A stretch of 64,000 nucleotides of DNA from Patescibacteria group bacterium (GTDB lineage: Bacteria > Patescibacteriota > Minisyncoccia > 2-02-FULL-40-12 > IGHO2-01-FULL-4-A), in assembly GCA_038064915.1 (NCBI GenBank), contig JBBTSB010000010.1, positions 19,809-83,808 on the forward strand, read 5' to 3'. The translations under genes and the position numbers were made by a program. Numbering within the stretch: the stretch's first letter is position 1; the number at the start of each line of letters is the position of its first letter. Under the pieces are notes generated by a model that was not told the origin of the DNA, ran no database searches, and saw nothing but the letters and a program-made list of their open reading frames with translations. This document shows positions 21,335-29,417 of the stretch, one piece after another.

Positions 21335-22577
21335 ATTATTCAAGATCAAAGACATTCGCAACAAGATATTGTTCATCTTGGCACTTTTGATTGTGTTCCG
21401 TCTTATTGCTGCAATTCCCATTCCTGGAGTCGATCCTGACAAACTTCGCCAATTTTTTGCCGACAACCAGCTTTTTGGTCTCATTAGTACCTTTACCGGT
21501 GGTGGACTCACGACATTTTCGCTGGTCATGCTGGGTCTTGGACCGTATATTACCGGTTCGATCATTATGCAATTGTTGACCATGATCTTTCCGCGCCTCG
21601 AACAGATGTATAAATACGAAGGAGAGGCGGGACGACAAAAATTCAACCAATATTCTCGCATGCTCACCGTACCACTGGCGATGATCCAGGGCTACAGCTT
21701 TATGATATTGCTTTCCCGGCAAAACGTGTTGAGCGTGCCAGATCTTTTCGGATGGATCAATGCACTCGTGGTGATAGCCGCTGGGTCGGTATTTTTGATG
21801 TGGCTCGGTGAGCTGATTTCTGAAAAAAATATCGGCAACGGAGTATCACTGCTCATTTTTGCAGGCATCGTGTCTGGCCTGCCCACCAGTATTCGGCAAT
21901 CTATTTTTACGTATACCCCCGATAAGTTGTTTACCTACCTTGCGTTTATTATTATTGCTGTCGTTGTGATCGCCGGGGTTGTATATTTGACGGAAGCACA
22001 GCGCAATATTCCCATCAACTATGCGCGACGTATTCGCGGATCGAGGGTTTTCGGAGGCGTCTCTTCGTATTTGCCTATGCGCGTCAATAATGCAGGTGTT
22101 ATGCCCATCATTTTTGCACTTTCCATCTTGCTGTTTCCCGGCATGATCGCAAGCTTTCTGACAGCATCAAAAACGGAATGGCTTGCAGATATTGGCCGCT
22201 TCTTCAGTGGAATAGTGCAAAATCAGTTGATCTACGGTATTGCATATTTCGTCTTAGTCATTGTGTTTACGTACTTCTATACAGCAGTGACGTTTGATCC
22301 AAAATCCATTTCCGAAAATATTCAAAAACAAGGAGGGTACATTCCCGGTATTCGTCCCGGTACTCCGACAACCGAATTTTTAAAGCATCTTCTCAACCGA
22401 GTTACCCTCGTGGGCGCGATTTTCTTGGGCCTCATCGCTGTCATGCCGCAGATTGTACAGGGTTTTACCGGAATCACCGCGCTGACCGTCGGCGGTACTT
22501 CGATTCTCATCGTTGTCTCGGTGGCTCTGGAAACCATCAAAGCGCTTGACGGACAACTCTCGATGTACGAATATTAG
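21318..22577 (+). CDS. secY: Preprotein translocase subunit SecY
   Basis: [45 protein letters not shown]. Confidence 0.98.
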   Translation: MIQFNKLFKIKDIRNKILFILALLIVFRLIAAIPIPGVDPDKLRQFFADNQLFGLISTFTGGGLTTFSLVMLGLGPYITGSIIMQLLTMIFPRLEQMYKYEGEAGRQKFNQYSRMLTVPLAMIQGYSFMILLSRQNVLSVPDLFGWINALVVIAAGSVFLMWLGELISEKNIGNGVSLLIFAGIVSGLPTSIRQSIFTYTPDKLFTYLAFIIIAVVVIAGVVYLTEAQRNIPINYARRIRGSRVFGGVSSYLPMRVNNAGVMPIIFALSILLFPGMIASFLTASKTEWLADIGRFFSGIVQNQLIYGIAYFVLVIVFTYFYTAVTFDPKSISENIQKQGGYIPGIRPGTPTTEFLKHLLNRVTLVGAIFLGLIAVMPQIVQGFTGITALTVGGTSILIVVSVALETIKALDGQLSMYEY

Positions 22578-22580
22578 TGG

Positions 22581-23240
22581 ATGAAGCAAGTAGTCATCTT
22601 TATTGCTCCCCCGGGGGCTGGGAAAGGGACGCAGTCGGATATCCTTGCAAAGCGCATGGGTTTTTTGCATTTGGAGACTTCGCAAATTATCGAAGAAAAA
22701 TTTGCAAAGGCTTCACTTGATGACGAAGATATCAACAAAGAAAAAGAAAACTTTCGCACCGGCAAGCTTGTTACACCTGAAAAAGTTACAGCCTGGGTAA
22801 TCGAAAAAATTCGTGGGCTCGCAGAACAGGGGACAAGCATTGTATTTTCGGGATCGTTTCGCACGCTCTATGAGGCGAGTCAGGAAATTCCTGTTGTGGA
22901 GGAGCTCTATGGCAGAGAGCATATCAAGATTTTTTATATCACTCTTTCTGAAGAAGAATCCGTACGGAGAAATGCTGGGCGAAGGATTTGCAAAGCCAAC
23001 CGTCATCCCATCTTGGCAGATTTTTCCGGTGATGTCTGTCCCCATGATGGATCGGAGCTGATTAAGCGAAGCCTCGATACTCCTGAGGTAATCAGGAGGC
23101 GTTACCAAGAATACTTGGATCGCACCGAGCCTGTACTTGCTTTTCTCAAAGAGCAGAAGTATCCCATCATCGAAGTCAACGGTGTGCAGGGCGTTGAACA
23201 ACTTTCCCATGATATCCATCAAAACTTCAAAGCAAATTGA
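22581..23240 (+). CDS. adk: Adenylate kinase
   Basis: PPGAGKGTQS P-loop, LID region; follows secY. Confidence 0.88.
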   Translation: MKQVVIFIAPPGAGKGTQSDILAKRMGFLHLETSQIIEEKFAKASLDDEDINKEKENFRTGKLVTPEKVTAWVIEKIRGLAEQGTSIVFSGSFRTLYEASQEIPVVEELYGREHIKIFYITLSEEESVRRNAGRRICKANRHPILADFSGDVCPHDGSELIKRSLDTPEVIRRRYQEYLDRTEPVLAFLKEQKYPIIEVNGVQGVEQLSHDIHQNFKAN

Positions 23241-23997
23241 GCTCATGGCGGAAAGTGGCAGGATTTTGCATGAGATCATTACTCAAATGGTAGCCATGGC
23301 AAAGCCCGGTGTGACGACGCAAGAGATTGATGATCTTGCGCGGAGACTGTGCAAAGAGCACAAAGTAAAACCTGGATTTTTTGGGTACGGAGTTATGGGC
23401 AAGAAATATCCTGCAGTAGCGTGTCTCTCCGTCAATGATGCCATTGTGCATGCGATCCCTACAGATCTACAACTCGTGGATGGCGATGTGCTAGGCATAG
23501 ATATGGGGGTACTCTACAAGGGTTGGAATTCAGATAGTGCGGTGACGGTCATAGTATCTCCCTCCGACCCCCTCTTATCTATAAGAGGGGGAGCAAAGGG
23601 GGAGTTGGTTGCTCAAAAGCTCATTTCCGTAACGCGCGATTCGATGTATCTGGGAATCAAACAGGCCATACCAGGCAACCATGTCGGTGACATTGGCAAC
23701 GCAGTGCAGACGTATGTGGAATCGCATGGCTTTGGAGTGGTTCGCGACCTGGTGGGGCATGGCATCGGCAGAGAACTTCACGAAGAGCCACGTATTCCAA
23801 ACTTTGGAAAACCTGGCGAAGGTCCAGAGTTGCGCGAGGGTATGGTCATTTGCATTGAGCCCATGGTCACCGCAGGAGACTGGAGGCTTGTCCTTGATGA
23901 AGATGGCTGGACGTACCGCACCAAAGACGGCAGCTTGGGCGCGCATTTTGAACACACACTTGCGATTACCAAAGACGGACCACGAGTATTGACCTAG
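23209..23997 (+). CDS. map: Methionine aminopeptidase type I
   Basis: SVNDAIVH, DSAVT, GHGIG..LHEEP, IEPM, AHFEHT. Confidence 0.96.
   Translation: MISIKTSKQIELMAESGRILHEIITQMVAMAKPGVTTQEIDDLARRLCKEHKVKPGFFGYGVMGKKYPAVACLSVNDAIVHAIPTDLQLVDGDVLGIDMGVLYKGWNSDSAVTVIVSPSDPLLSIRGGAKGELVAQKLISVTRDSMYLGIKQAIPGNHVGDIGNAVQTYVESHGFGVVRDLVGHGIGRELHEEPRIPNFGKPGEGPELREGMVICIEPMVTAGDWRLVLDEDGWTYRTKDGSLGAHFEHTLAITKDGPRVLT
23558..23603. repeat. REP-like hairpin inserted in frame in map
   Basis: CCCCCTCTTA-TCTA-TAAGAGGGGG perfect stem inside CTCCC..GGGAG; a related stem CCTCCCCTT..AAGGGGAGG lies at about 313-335. Confidence 0.6.
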
Positions 23998-24026
23998 TTT
24001 TGGCGACTGATATAATTGGTCTACGT

Positions 24027-24296
24027 ATGTCACAACCTCTTACAAAAGAAGATCTCAAAGAAGCCATAGCCGGATTAGCCACGAAAAAAGATCTCGAAAG
24101 TCTTAAAGATGAGTTAAAGCTCCATATGAATGCTCGTCTAGAAGACGTAGCCACTAAAGATGATCTTCTGGCTCTCGAAACAAAATTTATCAAAGATGTT
24201 GACGCGGTAGTTGGTGTCCAGGTAAAAGATACAAAAGATTTCAAAGGTCGCGTCGAGCGACTTGAGGGCGTCGTCTTTCCAAGAAAGCACGCCTAG
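24027..24296 (+). CDS. Small coiled-coil protein with TKxDL repeats
   Basis: LTKEDL, ATKKDL, ATKDDL; C-terminal RVERLE. Confidence 0.7.
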   Translation: MSQPLTKEDLKEAIAGLATKKDLESLKDELKLHMNARLEDVATKDDLLALETKFIKDVDAVVGVQVKDTKDFKGRVERLEGVVFPRKHA

Positions 24297-24315
24297 ACTC
24301 ATGGTAGCGGCGATA

Positions 24316-24344
24316 TTGACGTAACTATAATTTTCATATATAAT
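24316..24344 (+). promoter_or_regulatory. Near-consensus sigma70 promoter of the DGR target gene
   Basis: TTGACG-N17-TATAAT. Confidence 0.75.
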
Positions 24345-24414
24345 ATAAATAGTTGTGCCTGCTAAACCGACGCAACGAAGCGTTGTTTTGGCAAGCTTAA
24401 GAAAGGAGTTCGGC

Positions 24415-25236
24415 ATGAGCCGGCTCACCGAGGGCATTGATGGCCGCATGATTGAGGCAGCCAAAACGCTTTCCGCACAGGGCGGAACCCTGGAAGACCT
24501 CGAGGTGCTCAAGAACCCCGAGGCCAATCCCCGTGCTGTCACTGTGGCACGGGCCGTCTTGCGTGAGCTCCGTGGAGAGGTGCTCGCGCCCATTCCGCTC
24601 TCGCCGCCGCAGATCGTCCCGGGCGCCAAGAACTTCATAAACTTCGACCTCTCGGCTTTCATGGTGAGCTGGACGAAGTTCTACGGGCGGATTTTCCAGA
24701 TCACGCTCGATCCGGCTTCCGTGCTGTTGCCGCCCCTTGAGCTCGCGCTCGGGAGCGGCCTCATCCGTCATCCCGACGTCACTATCGAGAAGGTGCTCTC
24801 GGCGTGGAAGAAGAACACGCCCAAGGAGCTCCTCTACCGCTACACGGAGAGCGATCTGGACGCTGCGATTCAAAAGGAGAAGGAGTCGTGGCGCCCGAGC
24901 GGTACCTACGTCGCCTGGGCGTATCCGGCGATCGAGGCTACGGACCAGGCGCCCGAGCTCGCCGAGAAGTCCTACGAGGACATCCAGGCAATGCCCGGGG
25001 TCTGGGTCATGAACTATCCCGAGCTGCCGCTCTACGCGCTCTGGCACTACGTGGAGACCGGAGTGCCGCTAGATCAGAAGACCGTCTCGCTCTCGGACTC
25101 ACTCGATGCGGCTGGCCGCGCGCTCGGCGGCAGCTGGCACGGCGACGGGTTCTGCGTCCACTGGTGCCACCGGCGCGGCTCGCACCCGAGCATCCGCGCT
25201 CGCAGGATCGTTCTCCCGCAGCCGAAGGCTGCGTAA
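24415..25236 (+). CDS. DGR target (variable) protein with a C-terminal VR, possibly a CLec-like fold
   Basis: AAGGAG SD before ATG 24415, GC-rich codons, VR at 25101-25206 ending in ..IRARRIV; the fold is inferred. Confidence 0.88.
   Translation: MSRLTEGIDGRMIEAAKTLSAQGGTLEDLEVLKNPEANPRAVTVARAVLRELRGEVLAPIPLSPPQIVPGAKNFINFDLSAFMVSWTKFYGRIFQITLDPASVLLPPLELALGSGLIRHPDVTIEKVLSAWKKNTPKELLYRYTESDLDAAIQKEKESWRPSGTYVAWAYPAIEATDQAPELAEKSYEDIQAMPGVWVMNYPELPLYALWHYVETGVPLDQKTVSLSDSLDAAGRALGGSWHGDGFCVHWCHRRGSHPSIRARRIVLPQPKAA
25101..25206 (+). repeat. DGR variable repeat (VR)
   Basis: 106-bp ungapped match to 25495-25600 with 20 mismatches, each opposite a TR adenine. Confidence 0.97.
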
Positions 25237-25261
25237 CGCTTCTCGCTCTTCTCTCGTTCAC

Positions 25262-25293
25262 TCGGACTCCGGCAGCTTGCTGCTGGAGTCCGA
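25262..25293 (+). promoter_or_regulatory. Hairpin downstream of the VR (DGR homing hairpin and/or terminator)
   Basis: TCGGACTCCGGCAG-CTTG-CTGCTGGAGTCCGA (14-bp stem, one G-T pair) followed by TTTCTTTTTT. Confidence 0.8.
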
Positions 25294-25494
25294 TTTCTTT
25301 TTTGGTATACTTACCCCGGGCTCATACAATCGGTCTTGTTCGCCGTTTGGCGAGACGGATAGCGATTTGCCCTATCAAAGGAGAACTACGTGCCCTTTTT
25401 TGGAGAAGAAGAGCTTCCTAAAAAATCTACTGCAATGGCAGCATACTCATAATTCTTTTTGAATGATGAGCGGCAAGGATGAGATGGGGCACTT

Positions 25495-25600
25495 ACTCGA
25501 TGCGGATGGCAACGCGCTCAACAGCAACTGGAACGACGACAAGTTCTACGTCAACTGGTACAACCAGCGCAACTCGAACCCGAACATCCGCGCTCGCAGG
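25495..25600 (+). repeat. DGR template repeat (TR)
   Basis: AAC-rich copy of the VR (9 AAC codons in the target frame), intergenic, followed by TAG in that frame. Confidence 0.97.
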
Positions 25601-25620
25601 TAGACTCCCAACAGGCTCCT

Positions 25621-25962
25621 TCATAGGAGTCTGTTGTTTTTTTGGAATGATCCGATCCAGCCATTTGTTTCTTTTGAGATTTCTTGAAGTTCTTCTTCAA
25701 ATGCTTGATATAGACTTAGTCCGATAATATCCAGTTCTTGCATGAGCCGTACCATGCGTTTTAGTATTTCTATATTGGTGCGTAGGTCTTTCAGTGTAGG
25801 GACCTTTTCAATACCAGTTTGAAATCGTGCCTTGATCGCAAGTGCAATTGCATCCAATATAAGCGCATCAAGTTTTGAATAAATTCCGTGCCGATCCTGC
25901 TTTGATATTTTCGTGCGGAGGCGATAAAATTTCTTGTAAAACTCAAACAAATGATAAATCAA
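25621..25962 (-). CDS. avd: Avd (accessory variability determinant) four-helix-bundle protein
   Basis: About 113 aa, helical, K..R..I near the N-terminus and EISKETNGW near the C-terminus; lies between TR and RT; TTG start, or ATG 26005 if the G-tract shifts. Confidence 0.85.
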   Translation of the reverse strand: MIYHLFEFYKKFYRLRTKISKQDRHGIYSKLDALILDAIALAIKARFQTGIEKVPTLKDLRTNIEILKRMVRLMQELDIIGLSLYQAFEEELQEISKETNGWIGSFQKNNRLL

Positions 25963-25963
25963 G

Positions 25964-26914
25964 GTGACAGGTCGTTGGGGGGGGGGTCGCTATAGGAGTA
26001 TTCATGATTTGGCAAATTTATTTCTCGCCTGGCGGGAATTCCGGCGCGGCAAGCGACAGAAACCGGATGTTCAAGCATTTGAGTTTGATCTGGAGGATAA
26101 CCTATTTGAGCTTCACGAGCAACTCGTATCAAAAACATATTCGCACCAGCCGTACGAATCATTTTTTGTAACAGATCCAAAGCTTCGACATATCCATAAG
26201 GCCACCGTGCGAGATCGCGTCTTGCACCAGGCGGTGTTCCATGTGCTCTATCCGATCTTTGATCATACATTTATCTACGACTCCTATTCCTGTCGCATTG
26301 GCAAAGGGACTCACATTGCCGTTAATCGTCTCAAAGAATTTTGCCGCAAAGCTAGTTGCAACAATTCACGAAACATCTTCGCTCTCAAATGCGATATCCG
26401 CAAGTTCTTCGATTCGGTAGATCATGAAATTTTGATTGATTTGATAAAGCAGAGCGTTGTTGATCCCGATGTGCTTTGGCTCATAAAATTGATTCTCGAT
26501 AGTTTTCCCAAGGGCCTACCTTTGGGCAACGTCACGAGTCAATTATTTGCAAATATCTATTTGAATGAGCTTGATCAGTTTGCTAAGCATACGCTCAAGG
26601 CAAAGTATTACCTGCGCTACTGCGATGATTTTGTGTTACTCAACCCAGATCAGTCGACCCTTCTAGTAATTCGCAATTTTTTAGAGAATAACCTCAAACT
26701 GCAGCTTCATCCCAACAAAATCATCCTTCGTACCTACCGCCAGGGGATTGATTTTCTCGGCTACGTCGTGCGGCCGTACTGTCGAACCTTGCGGACGAAG
26801 ACAAAGAAGCGAATTTTTAAGAATATTTCAGAGAAAAATCTCGCATCGTACCTTGGTGTTCTCGATCATTGCGACGGATATGCCATTCGCCAAAAGCTCT
26901 TTGATTTGGTATGA
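25964..26914 (+). CDS. DGR reverse transcriptase
   Basis: RDRVLHQA, LKCDIRKFFDSVDH, GLPLGNVTSQLFANIYL, YLRYCDDF, GIDFLGY; no maturase or endonuclease domain. Confidence 0.96.
   Translation: MTGRWGGGRYRSIHDLANLFLAWREFRRGKRQKPDVQAFEFDLEDNLFELHEQLVSKTYSHQPYESFFVTDPKLRHIHKATVRDRVLHQAVFHVLYPIFDHTFIYDSYSCRIGKGTHIAVNRLKEFCRKASCNNSRNIFALKCDIRKFFDSVDHEILIDLIKQSVVDPDVLWLIKLILDSFPKGLPLGNVTSQLFANIYLNELDQFAKHTLKAKYYLRYCDDFVLLNPDQSTLLVIRNFLENNLKLQLHPNKIILRTYRQGIDFLGYVVRPYCRTLRTKTKKRIFKNISEKNLASYLGVLDHCDGYAIRQKLFDLV
25977..25986. repeat. G10 homopolymer in the overlapping 5' ends of RT and avd
   Basis: GTT-GGGGGGGGGG-TCGC. Confidence 0.9.
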
Positions 26915-26921
26915 TTTTTCC

Positions 26922-27629
26922 ATGTATCTTTCTGTCATTATTCCCGCTTACAACGAAGAAAAACGCATCGGCAAGACGCTCGAAGCAATTCGAGAATATT
27001 TGAGCGAGCAAAGTTATGAGTGGGAAGTCATTGTAGTAAATAATAATTCAAATGATGCTACAAGCGAAATTGCAGAAAAATATCAGGTTCACGTCATTGA
27101 CGAAAAGCGACCAGGAAAAGGATATGCAGTCACGACCGGAATGCTTGAGGCAAAGGGTGATCTCCGACTTTTCACTGATGCTGATAATTCAACGAGCATT
27201 GATCATCTTGACCTCATGATTCCGTATATGCAAAATTACGATGTGGCGATTGGCTCTCTTGCAGTACCTGGAGCGAAGGTTGTGCAGGGAGGCGAAGAGC
27301 CATGGTATCGTGTTATCATGGGTAAGCTGGGCAATAAATGGATTCAGCTATTCGCGGTATGGGGGATCCATGACACGCAACGTGGATTCAAGTTATTTAA
27401 GGCGCAAGCCGTAGAAAAGATCTTTCCCAAGCTCACAATCTTTGGCTGGGGATTTGATGTAGAAGTTTTGGCTTTAGCACGCAAGTTTGGTTTTACCATA
27501 AAAGAAATACCTGTCACGTGGGACAACGATCCCAATTCCAAAGTAACCGTTTGGGCATATCCGCAAGTACTTTTGCAAACACTTAACGTGAGATGGAACC
27601 TGTTAACGAATAAATATGGATCCCGTTAG
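26922..27629 (+). CDS. GT2 glycosyltransferase (polyprenyl-phosphate glucosyltransferase-like)
   Basis: LSVIIPAYNEE, GKGYAV, FTDAD, DTQRGFKLF, FDVEVL. Confidence 0.92.
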   Translation: MYLSVIIPAYNEEKRIGKTLEAIREYLSEQSYEWEVIVVNNNSNDATSEIAEKYQVHVIDEKRPGKGYAVTTGMLEAKGDLRLFTDADNSTSIDHLDLMIPYMQNYDVAIGSLAVPGAKVVQGGEEPWYRVIMGKLGNKWIQLFAVWGIHDTQRGFKLFKAQAVEKIFPKLTIFGWGFDVEVLALARKFGFTIKEIPVTWDNDPNSKVTVWAYPQVLLQTLNVRWNLLTNKYGSR

Positions 27630-27695
27630 AAGCAGCCCTAACGGGTTATAATCTACGCTAAACTATTACTATGACTTATACTGCTTCTAACGGGA
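27621..27695. mobile_element. MITE/REP-like element, copy A
   Basis: Terminal inverted repeats TCCCGTTAGAAGCAG / CTGCTTCTAACGGGA, flanked by duplicated TGGA. Confidence 0.75.
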
Positions 27696-28687
27696 TGGAA
27701 AGTGAATTTAGAAGAGAAATCGTTTCCGGAGATTGGGTATTGATCGCGGCGGGACGAGGAATGCGTCCGCACGCGGTAAAGCCGCGCGAGAGCAATTATC
27801 AAAGTCCCGCTGACTGTCCCTTTGAAGACCCTCAAAAATCAGGCAACAGTGAAGCAGTCATGGTTGTTCCCGAGGGGTCAAACGAGTGGCGCATCCAGGT
27901 CGTCAAAAACAAATATCCTGCCGTTGTGCCGGGAGCGTGCGGGCCGATTATGGAGCGAGAAGGATTTGAAGTTACCGCAGGAGTGGGATTCCATGAAATT
28001 ATCGTCATGCGCGACCACGACAAATTTTTTCCTTCGTTTTCACCGGAGGAGACAGCTCAAGTTCTGCAAGTGTATCGCGATCGCTACCGCCAGATTGCTC
28101 TCGAGCCTTGCGGTCAGTACATTATGATTTTTCACAACTATGGTCATCGCGGCGGAGCCAGTGTGTACCACCCACATTCACAAATCATTTCCGTGCCGAT
28201 CATTCCTCCTGATGTCATGCGAAGCGTCAAGGGATCTTATGATTACTTTAAAAAAAACGGACGTGAAGCACATGCCGTTATGGTGGAGTATGAACTTGCG
28301 AACAAAAAACGGATTCTCTTTGAAAATGAGCAGTTTGTAGCCTTTTGTCCCTTCGTTTCCAAACAGCCCTACGAAATGCGCATCTATCCAAAATTTTCCA
28401 GTGCACATTTTGATCACATAGAAGATCAGAGCCTTGTGCCGCTAGGCGAGGCTCTGAACACGGTACTCAAAAAAATGCGTGACGCTCTTGATGATCCGGC
28501 ATATAACTTTTTCATCCATACGGCGCCGCTTCACTTTGAACACTCAGATCTTTCCTTTGACCAGTACTATCGATGGCACATAGAAGTCATTCCACGTGTG
28601 AGCTTTGATGCCGGGTTTGAGGCAGGGACGGGAATTAAAATAAATATTATAGATCCGGATGTTGCCGCGCAAACGCTCAATGGGTAA
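27695..28687 (+). CDS. galT: Galactose-1-phosphate uridylyltransferase (GalT/HIT family)
   Basis: CPFE, NKYPA, GASVYHPHSQI, WHIEVIPR, AGFEAGTG; start placed at ATG 27695. Confidence 0.88.
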   Translation: MESEFRREIVSGDWVLIAAGRGMRPHAVKPRESNYQSPADCPFEDPQKSGNSEAVMVVPEGSNEWRIQVVKNKYPAVVPGACGPIMEREGFEVTAGVGFHEIIVMRDHDKFFPSFSPEETAQVLQVYRDRYRQIALEPCGQYIMIFHNYGHRGGASVYHPHSQIISVPIIPPDVMRSVKGSYDYFKKNGREAHAVMVEYELANKKRILFENEQFVAFCPFVSKQPYEMRIYPKFSSAHFDHIEDQSLVPLGEALNTVLKKMRDALDDPAYNFFIHTAPLHFEHSDLSFDQYYRWHIEVIPRVSFDAGFEAGTGIKINIIDPDVAAQTLNG

Positions 28688-29417
28688 AATTCTCATCGCC
28701 AATTGGAAAGCCAATCCCGCAACGCTACAAGATGCAGAGCATTTATTTCATGCCGAAATGAAGGCGACGAAGAAATTTCCTCAGGTAACCGTGGTGATCT
28801 GTCCGCCATTTGTGTACCTCGCACGCTATGCAAGTCATGCTGCGGTGGAACTCGGAGCTCAGGACGTGCACTGGGAAGATCGTGGTCCTCATACTGGTGA
28901 GGTGTCGCCGCTGATGCTCAAGGAACTTGGCGTAAGGTTTGTCCTCGTGGGACACTCTGAAAGGCGTGCTCTCGGGGAAACAGATGAAATGGTCAATAAA
29001 AAACTGAAGGCAGTTTTGCAGAATGGCATGATACCGGTGCTTTTGATCGGTGAGCCCGAAAAAGGCCCTGCGCGTTCGGACTACCTTATAGATCAGCTTA
29101 CCCGCGATTTGGAAGGTATTGATGCTGATGGCGCGAAAAAGATTTTGTTTACCTATGAGCCGGTTTGGGCGATTAGTACCAATCCTGGCGCGCAACCGGC
29201 TACTCCCGAAGATGCTTTATCCGCGATTCACGAGATGCAGGCGATTATCAGTAAAATGTACGGATTTGCTCCCGAAGTACTTTACGGCGGGAGCGCGAAT
29301 GTTGAAAACATCGCGGGCTTTCTTTCCCATCCGGAAATTTGCGGGGCGGTGGTTGGCGGCGCCAGCCTTCATGCAGATGAGTTTGGGAGAATGATTGATA
29401 TTGTGGCGCAATTATGA
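28680..29417 (+). CDS. tpiA: Triosephosphate isomerase
   Basis: ANWK, GHSERR, YEPVWAI, LYGGS, VGGASL. Confidence 0.97.
   Translation: MGKILIANWKANPATLQDAEHLFHAEMKATKKFPQVTVVICPPFVYLARYASHAAVELGAQDVHWEDRGPHTGEVSPLMLKELGVRFVLVGHSERRALGETDEMVNKKLKAVLQNGMIPVLLIGEPEKGPARSDYLIDQLTRDLEGIDADGAKKILFTYEPVWAISTNPGAQPATPEDALSAIHEMQAIISKMYGFAPEVLYGGSANVENIAGFLSHPEICGAVVGGASLHADEFGRMIDIVAQL

Larger units (their letters stand above)
24316..26914 (+). mobile_element. Diversity-generating retroelement (target/VR, hairpin, TR, avd antisense, RT)
   Basis: TR/VR pair with adenine-only mismatches, Avd-like ORF, RT with SQ and YCDD motifs. Confidence 0.97.

Noticed and set aside
24397-25462. Alternative-frame and antisense ORFs over the DGR target
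   Set aside because: GC-rich shadow frames; only the 24415 frame has an SD and places TR AAC triplets in codon register.
25479-25727. 82-aa ORF across the TR
   Set aside because: It is an off-frame reading of the AAC-rich TR that overlaps avd antisense; not a credible protein.
25964-26914. RT as a group II intron, retron or CRISPR-associated RT
   Set aside because: It is short, lacks a maturase or endonuclease region and has no cas genes nearby; the SQ motif, Avd and TR/VR pair identify it as a DGR RT.
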